Positions 1 through 11,594 are shown, numbered from the stretch's first letter. The stretch: 64,000 bases of DNA from Eledone cirrhosa (GCA_964016885.1 OZ024764.1:2294001-2358000); one strand, 5' to 3'. The notes: generated by a model not told the origin, from the sequence alone. Numbers and translations are program-made.

Positions 1-1490
1 TCCTGTTGCTGCTTGCTGTCCCAGCACAGCTGCTGCATGTGAAGCCTACATTCTTAATTAAGCTTCCTGAGATCCCGCTACATCTCTTGTGTACCCATTG
101 TTTGCATTTGGGGCAGAGAATGGAGTTCCTACCTACACCTTTCCTACATACTGAGCAAGGCCATTTCCCTGAGGGGATCTGGGTTCTGTTTTCTCGTCTA
201 CTTACAAGGACCTTAGTCTTTGTCATGTTGACTTTGAGACCCTTTCTTTCTAGTCCCTGCTTCCAAGTTTGGAATTTCTTCTCTAGTTCTACCATAGATT
301 CAGCTATAAGTGCGAGGTCATCAGCATACAGGAGTTCCCATGGGCATCCGGTCTTAAACTCCTCCGTTATTGCCTACAGGACTATAACGAACAGGAGGGG
401 GCTAAGAACAGAGCCCTGGTGGACCCCAACCTGTACACTAAATTCCTCACTATACTCATTGCTAATCCTAACTTTGCTGACTGCTCCCCTATACATGGCT
501 TGTACCGCTTTCACAAGCCATTCATCTACTCCTAGTTTTCTAAGAGCCCACCAGATTACAGCACGTGGAACTCTGTCAAAGGCTTTCTCATTGTCGACAA
601 ATGCCAAGTAGAGTGGCTTACTTTTAGCTAGGTACTTTTCCTGTAACTGCCTCACAAAGAAGAGGGCATCAGTGGTGCCTCTTCCTGGTACAAACCCAAA
701 TTGCATCTCGTCTATTTTCACCCGGTCCCTAATCAACTGTACTATAACTCTTTCTGTTACTTTCATGACCTGGTCCATCAGCTTTATACCTCTATAGTTT
801 CCTCTATCTAGTGCATCACCTTTACCTTTGTAGCAGTTGACAATGATGCTACTGCACCAATCTTTTGGTATGACACCTTCTAGTATTACCTGGTTAACAA
901 TACGTGTGGTTATAGTGTGACCTACAGACCCAGATGCCTTCAGCATCTCGGCAGCTATACCCGATGGACCGGTTGCCTTCCCCATCTTCATATCTTTGAT
1001 TGCCTTACTTACTACGTTGCTGCTGACTTGTACTGCTGGCCCCTCTATAGGGTCTACTTGGGGTAGGGTCTCTTCTTCCCATGCATTCTCCTCATTTAGT
1101 AATCTATCATAATGAATCTTCCATGCATCTTTCTTCTCAACACTTGTGAGGGCAAGCTCACCTTTATCATTCCGGATACACTTCTCTCCAATGACATCAC
1201 AATTCTCTCTGACACACTGCCTCGCAATCATGAACACCTCCTGTTTCTGGTCTTCACGTTGCAAAACATGCTTGAATTTTCTATCCTCTTCTTCCCTCTA
1301 AGCTAAGTATACTTGTCGCCTAGCTTCCCTCTTGGTCTCTATGTAATGTACCCTGCTCCACCCGTTCTTCCATTCTTTCCATGCCTGTCTCTTGGCCTTA
1401 ACTGCCTCATCTACCTTATTGTTCCACCACCAAGTCACTCTCCTCCTGCTTGAGGTCTTACTCCAGCCACAGACCTCATCCGTCGCGTCT
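1..1490 (-). mobile_element. RTE-clade LINE internal fragment (reverse transcriptase region), decayed
   Basis: Minus ORF 374..1264 has non-LTR RT motifs (KATGPSGI, NYRGIKL, QFGFVPGRGTTDA, AFVDxEKAFDRVPR, GVHQGSVLSPLLF). A TAG at 374-376 interrupts the frame just before GCPWELLYADD, as seen by comparison with the intact stretch at 8380..9276. Confidence 0.93.
374..1264 (-). pseudogene. Non-LTR retrotransposon reverse transcriptase fragment
   Basis: RT motifs as above; premature stop; no full-length ORF. Confidence 0.9.
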
Positions 1491-1532
1491 AGTAAGTTAT
1501 TTAATATATGTATATGTATATATATATATATG

Positions 1533-1584
<52 letters not shown>

Positions 1585-1591
1585 TTATTTA

Positions 1592-1640
<49 letters not shown>

Positions 1641-1666
1641 AGTTATTTAATATATATATATGTATA

Positions 1667-2275
1667 TGGTGGCTGCCAACTCTTTTTCGAGTACGGCCAC
1701 TACTTTATATCCATGTAGGAGAACCCCTACCGATGCGCTGAACGAGTGTGACTTTTTAGTCCAGCCACTGACTTGAAAACTCTGGTACAAACACTACACT
1801 TGTGACAATTATTGACACATAGTGCTGGGCCCATGGTACCATGTGACGACAAGTGCAGAGAGATCTCCAGATATAAAGCAATGCCTGTGCCGTGAAGCTT
1901 TTATAGTGAGCAAAGGTAATGCACAAAGCCAGTCCCACTCTCTTAACCAAGATGATATTTACCAAAAAGAAGAACAAGTCAACATCATTGGATACCATCA
2001 GGGTTGCAGGTGTTATATCAGAGTTTTCCTTCTCCTATAATTCTGCCTTGACAAAGGCTAAGAGGTCATCTCTCCCGGTGATTTTGGATGGCCATTGACT
2101 CTTACAAGCTCCTTTGCCCTTTGACAGGTTTTGTTTTTAGTCCTGCAGGATGTCCAAAGTCACCCTCCTCACCAAGAAACCTTGGTGGGGTTGCCAGTTT
2201 AGTCGCCAACGACCCGACCATGAGACAGGTTATACTGGGATACATGGTACCAGTAGCACCAACTGGTGACCTGAC
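1667..2275 (-). mobile_element. Bipartite RTE-derived non-autonomous retroelement, copy 1 (~610 bp)
   Basis: Near-identical to 22812..23448 (+) and 44544..45150 (-). The 5' part resembles an RTE 5'UTR (TAGGAGAAGGAAAACTCTGA). The 3' part encodes a CxxC zinc-finger remnant and ends in a stem-loop (GGCCGTACTCGAAAAAGAGTTGGCAGCC) followed by a (TA)n tail. Confidence 0.8.
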
Positions 2276-2319
2276 ATACATACATGCATACATACATACA
2301 AACATACATACATACATAC

Positions 2320-2833
2320 ACAACAACAAACGAGGAAGAATATATTGAGACAGATGGCACTAAGGAATACTGGTGGAACCTGAAAATAAAAACTGCCACC
2401 AAATTAAAGCACAACCGGCCTGATATTGTAGTTTGGGACCACACATTGAAAACGTGTTCTGTTGTGGAGATCAGCTGCCCACTTGATGTAAACGTTGTCA
2501 GAAAAATACAGGAGAAGGAGGACATCTACGGACCATTGATGAGGAGTTTACAAATCCAGTATCCAAGATACACCTTTAGCTTCATACCCATCATTATTGG
2601 TGCTACGGGTTATATACCAACCCGCTTGGACCAAAGTATGACCGAACTTGGATTTGCGGACAAAAAGCGCAGCTCCCTAATTCATAGTCTACAAATGGCT
2701 GCGATAGCTGGCACCTTCAAAATTTGCAAAACATTCTTGCGATTCAAGGGATGACAATTTCTTTTCTTTTACAACCTTGCCACCAGGAAGGTGGCCGGTC
2801 AAAAAATATACTCGAAATTAAGAGAAAGAGAAA
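2320..2833 (+). mobile_element. 3' end of a restriction-like-endonuclease (RLE) non-LTR retrotransposon, R4/Dong-like, 5' truncated
   Basis: ORF 2284..2754 contains KHNRPDIVVWD...CSVVEISCPLD...EK..Y, the PD-(D/E)xK RLE signature. Its N-terminal residues are microsatellite-derived. Flanked by (CATA)n on both sides. Confidence 0.85.
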
Positions 2834-2914
2834 ACACACATACACACATACATACATACATACATACATACATACATACATACATACATACATACACACA
2901 GCTGCCTGTGTACC

Positions 2915-3530
2915 ATTTCCATGTTACAAGAGAATTTAGTGAGTAAAAGTAGTGAAAGTATAGAGTGAGGTGTTGAAATATGGTTTGTTTGTCGGATGTG
3001 GTAAGGGGCTGATTGTAGACAGACAAAGTTGTGATAGTCATCATTAATAAGTTAAAGTCTGGTGTTCTTGGGAGAAAGTAACGGGTGGGGACTGGGGGGA
3101 TGGAGTGATTGTAAAACTGGGGATTACATAGGAAGAAATGTAGACTATAAAAGAAGAATAGAGGAACTATTACCTTTAATATATATGTATAAATAAATAT
3201 ATAGACAGACTGAATAAAAAAAAAAAATGGCGTAGACATACAACACAACAGGAGGAACAATGAATATAACACCACTGACGATGTTGCAGATGTGCAACGA
3301 AAGATTTATGTAAATTATGTAAACTATATATATGTGTTTGTGTCTATATTGTATCTGTATTATTTTTGACCGCCGGTCAGTCAATGGCAACATTGAGGAC
3401 CGAGTAAGTTAGATCGCAGATATAAAAGACAGCGAGAAGCGAAAACCAACCAAACAGTGAGTGTGTTCTGTTATTAATTCTGGCAATATTACGCAAATAT
3501 GACCCTCCCCAAGTATAACAATATATATAT
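2915..3530. mobile_element. Penelope-like element terminal-repeat remnant
   Basis: Shares AAAATGGCGTAG, a hammerhead core and GACCCTCCC..AAGTATAACAATAT with the fold-back at 50278..50743. Boundaries approximate. Confidence 0.55.
3271..3320 (+). ncRNA. Degenerate minimal type-I hammerhead ribozyme motif
   Basis: CTGACGA-T-GTTGCA(GATG)TGCAAC-GAAA; stems I and III are degraded. Confidence 0.6.
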
Positions 3531-3533
3531 ACA

Positions 3534-3676
3534 TATATATTAGAAAGAAATGAGGCAGTTTCATTCACATGTAAAAGATATTTACTGTGTATTGACCAGT
3601 TTCGTGTGTTTCACAGAGGAACAGCATTAAATATCTTTCATATGTAAACGAAACTTCCTCGTTTCTTTCTAATATA
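3534..3676. repeat. Imperfect fold-back (inverted repeat) with half-hammerhead (GAAACTGGTC, minus strand) in the spacer
   Basis: TATTAGAAAGAAATGAGG... pairs with ...CCTCGTTTCTTTCTAATA. Confidence 0.7.
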
Positions 3677-3838
3677 CACTCTGCCTGTGTATAGAGTGCT
3701 TGCTTCGGTACTACCAGTAATTCACTGTACTATCTACACTATTGCATTACTGTAATTCAGTAGATTCCTTGAGTAAGCTAGACGTTGGCCGGAGGTCGTT
3801 GAATTAATTCCAGCAATCATCGTTAATTTTATAAAATA

Positions 3839-3968
3839 CTAGACCACCCGTGACCCGTTGGGTCACCTTGTTTTCAAAATATTATTTTGAAATCATGTTC
3901 ACTTAAAAATAATTTTTAAATAATTAAAATATACAGACATGTATATAATGGGAAATGAAACTGGAAGG

Positions 3969-3970
<2 letters not shown>
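3839..3970 (-). mobile_element. Helitron-like 3' terminus fragment
   Basis: On the minus strand a GC-rich hairpin GTGACCC-AAC-GGGTCAC is followed after a few nt by CTAG|T. The 5' extent is uncertain. Confidence 0.6.
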
Positions 3971-4028
<58 letters not shown>

Positions 4029-4066
4029 GCAAGTAAGTATGTTTTGAAACAGTGAGCGAGTTTGAA

Positions 4067-4280
4067 ATTAGAAAATATATAGCTTTCACCGTATTTTTAA
4101 CTAAAGGAATTTTAGCTTGATAACGGGGTTTAGAACCCTCAGATAAATAGAAAAAGATGAGTATTGACGTACATGTACGTCAATACTCATCTTTTTCCAT
4201 TTATCTGAGGGTTCTAAACCCCGTTATCAAGCTAAAATTCCTTTAGTTAAAAATACGGTGAAAGCTATATATTTTCTAAT
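4067..4280. repeat. Near-perfect 214-bp palindrome with no spacer
   Basis: Centre GTACATGTAC at 4169..4178; the arms match with about one mismatch. Confidence 0.95.
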
Positions 4281-4298
4281 ATATATATATATATATAA

Positions 4299-4632
4299 TA
4301 TAAGATCAAAAGATGGTTAAAAGAGTTCCATGTATTTTATTATGCGCATTTCAAAAACAAATATCATCATGCAATAACATTTGCGTTTTCGTCAGATAAA
4401 ATAGGGAGACATGATATGAAGGTTAAAACACACTTGTGAATAGTGCAGTTGTAAATCAACATATGAAAACTGCATATTAAACTGCACTATTCACAAGTTG
4501 TGTTTTAACCTTCATATCATGTCTCCCTATTTTATCTGATGAAAACACAAATGTTATTGCATGATGATATTTGTTTTTGAAATGCGCATAATAAAATACA
4601 TGGAACTCTTTTAACCATCTTTTGTTCTTATA
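4299..4632. repeat. Long inverted repeat (~150-bp arms, ~28-nt loop)
   Basis: TAAGATCAAAAGATGGTTAAAAGAG... pairs with ...CTCTTTTAACCATCTTTTGTTCTTA. One arm recurs at 56479..56600. Confidence 0.93.
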
Positions 4633-4719
4633 TATTATTTATACTCCAGTCCTACAAACTGTAGAGTGCTACTTATCTGATATCTGCATTGCTTTATTGT
4701 ACTACAATAAAACTCACCT

Positions 4720-4765
<46 letters not shown>

Positions 4766-5183
4766 CATGTGTGTGTATGTATATATATAAAAGTGTGGGT
4801 GTGTATACATATATATATATGTGGGTGTCTGTTCTATATACACTGGTCATAGATACACACACACACAGAGATATATATATATATATACACACAACAACAC
4901 CACCAGCTCTCTCTCTTCCATTCTTCTTCTCTCTCCAATCTACTCGTCTCTTTTCAATCTACTCTTTTACAACCACTATCTCTTTCTCTCTATCCATCAA
5001 GGTACCCAGAAAATCCCATATTTCGGGAACCCGTGGTCTGGTTTACCCGAAAATTGTTTTATTCCATTTGTATTCCCATTTCAGGGTGAACTGCCTTTCA
5101 AAGTATTTTCCCATTATGCGCCCTTTTGGCTGTATTACATTACATACAGACAAGTAATCACAGAGTTTTAGTAGTATATAGAT

Positions 5184-5903
5184 AAGTGGTCATGTAGGTG
5201 TCACAACAAACAACACCCAGTCCACACTGTAAAGTGGTCATGTAGGTGTCACAACAAAAAGCACCCAGTCCACACTGTAAAGTGGTCATGTAGGTGTCAC
5301 AACAAAAAGTACCCAGTCCACACTGTAAAGTAGTCATGTAGGTGTCACAACAAACAACACCCAGTCCACACTGTAAAGTGGTCATGTAGGTGTCACAACA
5401 AAAAGTACCCAGTCCACACTGTAAAGTGGTCATGTAGGTGTCACAACAAAAAGTACCCAGTCCACACTGTAAAGTGGTCATGTAGGTGTCGCAACAAAAA
5501 GTACCCAGTCCACACTGTAAAGTGGTCATGTAGGTGTCACAACAAAAAGTACCCAGTCCACACTGTAAAGTGGTCATGTAGGTGTCACAACAAAAAGTAC
5601 CCAGTCCACACTGTAAAGTGGTCATGTAGGTTCACAATAAAAAGTACCCAGTCCACACTGTAAAGTGGTCATGTAGGTGTCACAACAAAAAGTACCCAGT
5701 CCACACTGTAAAGTGGTCATGTAGGTGTCACAACAAAAAGTACCCAGTCCACACTGTAAAGTGGTCATGTAGGTGTCACAACAAAAAGTACCCAGTCCAC
5801 ACTGTAAAGTGGTCATGTAGGTGTCACAACAAAAAGTACCCAGTCCACACTGTAAAGTGGTCAAGTAGGTGTCACGGTAAAAACCACCCAGTCCACACTG
5901 TAA
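5184..5903 (+). repeat. 48-bp minisatellite (~15 copies) derived from an RTE 3'UTR motif
   Basis: Unit AAGTGGTCATGTAGGTGTCACAACAAAAAGTACCCAGTCCACACTGTA; runs directly into the RTE 3' tail. Confidence 0.95.
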
Positions 5904-6056
5904 ACATGGTTGGTGTTAGGAAGGGCATCCAGTCGTAGAAAACCCGCCAGACAGTCCTGAGCAAGACAACCAATCTTGCCTCAAGTGGGAAAATTCCCGT
6001 CCAGACCCATGCTAGCGTGGAAAATGGACATTAAACGATGATGTTGATGATGATGA
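5870..6056 (+). mobile_element. RTE LINE 3'UTR/tail
   Basis: GGTTGGTGTTAGGAAGGGCATCC...CCCATGCTAGCGTGGAAAATGGAC plus (GAT)n tail; homologous to 10577..10847, 50020..50172 and 56200..56441. Confidence 0.8.
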
Positions 6057-6299
6057 TAAAAACAACACACTAAAATATACAAAAATGACAACAACAACAA
6101 CAAAAAGCACAATTTTTACAACAGCAACTGCAACATCAACACCACAATAACACCAACACAACCACAACAACACAACCACAACAACAACACCACTGCCACC
6201 AACACAACAACAACAACAACAACCAATCTAAGAGAAAGTGATATTGATGAGATTGATGTCATATAGAGTGACCAGTGATTGTCAGACAGTGATCAATCA

Positions 6300-7900
6300 A
6301 CTTGGTGGTGGTGTTGACAGTGTGGTGGTGGTGGTGGTGGTGTGATGTTGTGGTGGTGGTGGTGTGATGTTGTGGTGGTGGTGGTGTTGTGGTGTTGTGG
6401 TGGTGTGGTGGTGATGTGGTGGTGGTGTTGACAGTGTGGTGGTGGTGGTGTGGTGGTGGTGTGATGTGGTGGTGTGATGGTGGTGGTGGTGGTGGTGTTG
6501 ACTGTGGTGGTGGTGGTGTTGACAGTGTGGTGATGGTGTGGTGGTGTGATGGTAATGGTGTGGTGGTGGTGGTAGACACAGCATGGTGGTGGTGGTGGTG
6601 TTGTGGTAGTAGTATTGTAGTGTAGACACACTATAGTGGTGGTGGTGTTGACAGTGTGGTGGTGGTGTGGTGGTGTTGACAGTGTGGTGGTGGTGTGATG
6701 GTGATGGTGTGGTGGTGTTGTGGTAGTAGTATTGTAGTGTAGACACAGTATAGTGGTGGTGGTGTGGCAGTGTTGACAGTGTGGTGGCAGTGTGGTGGTG
6801 GTGTGATGGTGGTGGTGTTGTGGTGGTAGTATTGTAGTGTAGACACAGTATAGTGGTGGTGGTGTTGTGGTAGTAGTGTAGACACAGTATAGTGGTGGTG
6901 GTGTGATAGTGTGGTGTTGTGGTGGTAGACACAGCATGGTGGTGGTGGTGGTGACAGTGTGGTGGTGGTGTGATGGTGTGGTGTTGTGGTGGTAGACACA
7001 GCATGGTGGTGGTGGTGGTGACAGTGTGGTGGTGGTGTGATGGTGTGGTGTTGTGGTGGTAGACACAGCATGGTGGTGGTGGTGGTGACAGTGTGGTGGT
7101 GGTGTGATGGTGTGGTGTTGTGGTGGTAGACACAGCATGGTGGTGGTGGTGGTGACAGTGTGGTGGTGGTGTGATGGTGTGGTGTTGTGGTGGTGGTGTG
7201 ATGGTGTGGTGTTGTGGTGGTAGACACAGCATGGTGGTGGTGGTGGTGACAGTGTGGTGGTGGTGTGATGGTGTGGTGTTGTGGTGGTAGACACAGCATG
7301 GTGGTGGTGGTGACAGTGTGGTGGTGGTGTGATGGTGTGGTGTTGTGGTGGTAGACACAGCATGGTGGTGGTGGTGGTGACAGTGTGGTGGTGGTGTGAT
7401 GGTGTGGTGTTGTGGTGGTGGTGTGATGGTGTGGTGTTGTGGTGGTAGACACAGCATGGTGGTGGTGGTGGTGACAGTGTGGTGGTGGTGTGATGGTGTG
7501 GTGTTGTGGTGGTAGACACAGCATGGTGGTGGTGGTGGTGACAGTGTGGTGGTGGTGTGATGGTGTGGTGTTGTGGTGGTAGACACAGCATGGTGGTGGT
7601 GGTGGTGACAGTGTGGTGGTGGTGTGATGGTGTGGTGTTGTGGTGGTGGTGTGATGGTGTGGTGTTGTGGTGGTAGACACAGCATGGTGGTGGTGGTGGT
7701 GACAGTGTGGTGGTGGTGTGATGGTGTGGTGTTGTGGTGGTGGTGTGATGGTGTGGTGTTGTGGTGGTAGACACAGCATGGTGGTGGTGGTGGTGACAGT
7801 GTGGTGGTGGTGTGGGGGTGACAGTGTGGTGGTGGTGTGGGGGTGACAGTGTGGTGGTGGTGGTAGTGTGGTGGCGGTGGTGTTAGACACAGTATGGTGG
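6300..7900 (+). repeat. (GGT)n-based complex minisatellite with ~67-bp higher-order unit
   Basis: Recurrent GTAGACACAGCATGGTGG...GACAGTGTGG marker; source of the His/Thr/Pro ORFs. Confidence 0.9.
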
Positions 7901-8314
7901 TGTGGTAGGGAGGGGATCATTGAGGTGGAGGTGACATGGGGGCAGGGGTCATCTAGCTGGCAAGATTGTGACATGATGGGGGTGTGGTGAGTGTAGTAGA
8001 GGGGTCAACTAGGATTGTGATGCGACAGGCACAATGAGAGCAGTAGGGGGTTATCAAGGGCAGTGGGGTTATGAAGGTCACTGGGGAGTTATCAAGGGTA
8101 GTGGGGGTTACCAGAGACTTCGAGGTTGTAGAGCAGGGGTCATGTGGAAGTGACAGCAGGTGTGGGTGGAGGGTCAACTCCATAGCTTTGGATGATGTGA
8201 TGGGGTATGAAAGAGACTTTGAAGTCAGTGGCTGTGTGACCGGTGGAGTGTGACCAGGTCAGAGAAGTTCACTGGCTGACCAAGATACTCTCATGGAATA
8301 ACCCCAAATGAGGT

Positions 8315-8333
8315 TTATTTTACAACATAGTCC
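8315..8333 (-). CDS. Candidate terminal coding exon (…G DYVVK*) of a small minus-strand host gene
   Basis: Strong acceptor TGTGTTTCTTTCCAG|G at 8334. Phase 2 matches the exon at 16798..16851. Unique sequence 7900..8314 follows as a possible 3'UTR. Confidence 0.4.
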
Positions 8334-8364
8334 CTGGAAAGAAACACAATGTAATTATTAATAA

Positions 8365-9582
8365 GAAGCGAGGGTAGGAATGGAGTTTAGTGAGGAATTC
8401 CAGATACAAGTAGGAGTACATCAAGGTTTGGTCCTCAGCCCGCTCTTGTTCATTATAGTCCTCCAAGCCATAACAGAGGAGTTTAAGACTGGCTGTCCAT
8501 GGGAACTTCTCTATGCTGACGATCTGGTTCTTATAGCAGAATCAGTAGAGGAGCTAGAGAATAAATTCTGGCTATGGAAACAGCAGTTGGAAGCAAGAGG
8601 ACTGAGAGTGAACCTAGCTAAGACTAAAGTGTTGATGAGTAGAAAAGAGGACAAAACTCTGATTCCATCAGGGAAATGGCCATGTTCGATATGCAGAAAA
8701 GGAACTGGCATAAATTCTATAAAATGCACACAATGCAGATCCTGGGTACGCAAGAGATGTAGTGGGATAGCAGGCAAATTAACAAGTAGGGAGAAATATG
8801 TATGCAGTAGATGTACAGGGAAATTTGACAGTAGAAGTAGCATTGATAGACACATTTTTCAAATGCAAGCGGGTGCTATAGAAGTGGTGGATAGCTTCCG
8901 GTACCTAGGAGAACAGATTAGCATGGGAGGGGGGTGTTCCGAGGCCATAGTATCTAGAATAAGGACGGGTTGGATAAAGTTTAGGGAGCTGCTTCCTCTG
9001 CTGACGAAGAAGGGTTTCTCCCTGCGTACGAAAGACCGGTTATATGATGCCTGTGTGAGGAGCGCAATGCTGCATGGTAGTGAGACTTGGGCAGCAACTG
9101 CAGAAGATATGCGACGGCTGGAGAGAAATGAGGCAAACATGCTCCATTGGATGTGCAATGTCAATGTGCGTGAACGACCAAGCATAGATGAGTTGAGAGA
9201 GAAACTGTGTCTGAGAGGGATACAATGTAGTGTGTGGGAGAGGAGACTGAGGTGGTATGGACATGTGATGTGTTGAGAGAGAAACTGTGTCTGAGAGGGA
9301 TAGAATGTAGTGTGCGAGAGAGGAGACTGCCGTGGTATGGACATGTGATGCGCATGGAGGTTGACCAATGGGTGAAGAAGTGCCAGGAAATACCAGTTGA
9401 AGGAAGACGCGGTAGAGGTAGACCACAAAAAATATGGGCGGAGGTGGTGAGAACAGACCTCAGATCGCTGAAGCTCACGGAGGAGATGATGAAGGACCGT
9501 GACAAGTGCAGAGATGGTGTGCTGAATAAGACCCATCCAACCTTTGCAAGCAGGGTGAAGCGGACATAAAATAATGATGATG
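8365..9582 (+). mobile_element. RTE LINE 3' half (RT C-terminal part to 3' tail) with an 80-bp internal duplication
   Basis: ORF 8380..9276 has QG..LSPLLF, LLYADD, FRYLG and HGSETW. The duplication 9192..9351 causes a frameshift. Tail CCAACCTTTGCAAGCAGGGTGAAGCGGACATAAAA(TGA)n. Confidence 0.93.
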
Positions 9583-9914
9583 ATATATATATATATATAC
9601 AAGTGGAAGGTTAATAAAATCAAAGTTATGGCAGTGGCCAAGCTAACGAGATACAATTAGGTTTGCACAAAAGCAGTCAATAAGAATGTATCGCTAAATC
9701 GATAGGCTGCACCTTTGAGTAATTAACATACATTAGATACCGTGACAAATTGAAAACTGTGGCAAAGGGGCCTAGCCTCATAATACATCAGAACAACGAA
9801 AAACAATCAGGTTTCTATGAATCCAAAATCCACAATCTTGCTTGCGCAATATGCAAGTTTGTTGTATTTGAAGACTTTAATGTGGACTCACGTTATTAAG
9901 GGGTTTCCGTTCTG

Positions 9915-9972
<58 letters not shown>

Positions 9973-9985
9973 TTAATATAGATGA

Positions 9986-10034
9986 GATTCTACAGGACTA
10001 GAACTGTTTCATTCTTTAGAAATCATCAGGAATC
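9986..10034 (-). ncRNA. Minimal type-I hammerhead ribozyme motif
   Basis: Minus strand GATTC-CTGATGA-T-TTC(TAAA)GAA-T-GAAA-CAG(TTCTAGTC)CTG-T-A-GAATC: 5-bp stem I, GUA cleavage triplet, U-U at the base of stem II. Confidence 0.7.
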
Positions 10035-10164
10035 CCTTTTATACTCTGCAATGTATTGAGTACCTTACTTACTGTGGTTACCTCTGATTCAACCCGGAAT
10101 AACGTATATATACATATATATATAAAAAAGAAAATTTCGCTCTACTTGGCTGAATACAATAAAT

Positions 10165-10517
10165 GTAATCTGAGTTTTTCGAATATTAATAATAACATTC
10201 GATTCGTTTGCAATTATGCAAACAAGCCTCAATTTTATAGCCATGTCAGTAGAATGAACCCTTCATTCTTGCTCTTGTGTTGGCATGTGAACAGAACTGC
10301 AGACACTAATGTTTCTGGGTATCACCCTTCATCAGTACAGCTCACTGTTCACCTGCTCAAACTGTCAGAGCTAGTGGAAATATATGCTATTTTCAAAAAT
10401 ACACAAGAGCAAGAATGAAGTGTTCATTCTACTGACATGGCTATAAAATTGAGGCTTGTTTGCATAATTGCAAACGAATCGAATGTTATTATTAATATTC
10501 GAAAAACTCAGATTACT
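10165..10517. repeat. Long inverted repeat (~115-bp arms, ~120-bp spacer)
   Basis: GTAATCTGAGTTTTTCGAATATT...TTGCTCTTGTGT pairs with ACACAAGAGCAAG...CGAAAAACTCAGATTAC. Confidence 0.93.
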
Positions 10518-10576
10518 TTTATATATATATATTTATATACATATATATATATATTTATATATATATATATATTTAT

Positions 10577-10847
10577 ATCCAGGCCGAAACAAATGAGATC
10601 GTGTAGGTGTCACGACAAAAAAACACACAGTCCACGCTGTAATGTGGCCGTGTAGGCAACACGGTAAAAACCTCCCAGCCCCACACTGTAAATGTGGTTG
10701 GTGTTAGGAAGGGCATCCAACTGTAGAAAACCCGCCAGACAGTCCTATGCGAGCAAGACAATCACTCTTGCCTCAAGTGGGACTACCCCCGTCCAAACCC
10801 ATGCAAGCGTGGAACACGGACGTTAAACGTTGATGATGATGATGATG
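10577..10847 (+). mobile_element. RTE LINE 3'UTR fragment with two diverged ~48-bp units
   Basis: Near-identical to 56180..56441; (GAT)n tail. Confidence 0.8.
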
Positions 10848-10870
10848 ATATATATATATATCTATGCGAA

Positions 10871-11594
10871 TGATTGTTTAACCATCGTCTCAGTGTGTTT
10901 GGCCTTTGACGTTTGTTATAGGTCTGGTTCATCTCAACCATTGAGCACTTGCCACACATCTCGGAGGTTGTTTTTCGTTATTTCGTGGGCCGAAATGCGA
11001 TTCTTGATAAATTATGTTTGTATTAATCTCCAGACTCTAGCTATTGACCAGTTAATTTTCTTGATTTTTTAGTTGATTCTATTGACTGATGAATAGCTTA
11101 TGTTATTTTTAACCCTGCTGTTGAGAACTCTATTCGATTTGTGATGTTTTTGCATTCTTGCAATAATATACACAACTGAATTCATTCGCCTGATAGAGGG
11201 GTTGCCTCCTTTGCTGATCCCCACGTGGGGTCAGTAATAGTCAGTCCTTGTATTAACATTGAACTGAAACCTGTTGAGAAAGTGGTTTCCTTGTTCAATC
11301 ATCTTACCAGAAGCCTGACATTATTTATGTAAGCGGACGGTACTTGATTTAGGAGCTGCAGAAACCCAAATGCTGGATTTTACCAACCTTCCAGGGGTCC
11401 GGGTAAATTTTCAATTCCCGAATTACTTGATCGTTTTTTTTTTGGCTATTGATTGTTTAACCATCGTCTCAGTGTGTTTGGCCTTTGACGCTTGTTATAG
11501 CTCTGGTTCATCTGAACCATTGAGCACTTGCCACACATCTCGGAGGTTGTTTTTCGTTATTTAGTGGGCTGAAATGCGATTCTTGATAATTTAT

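Noticed and set aside
6-611. Plus-strand 201-aa ORF and similar antisense ORFs (8511, 20797, 57209, 59642)
   Set aside because: Antisense shadows of RTE coding sequence.
6293-7974. His/Pro/Thr-rich ORFs as extensin/mucin-like genes; also 37180 and 50993
   Set aside because: All frames are open simply because (CAC)n lacks stops; no splice or homology support.
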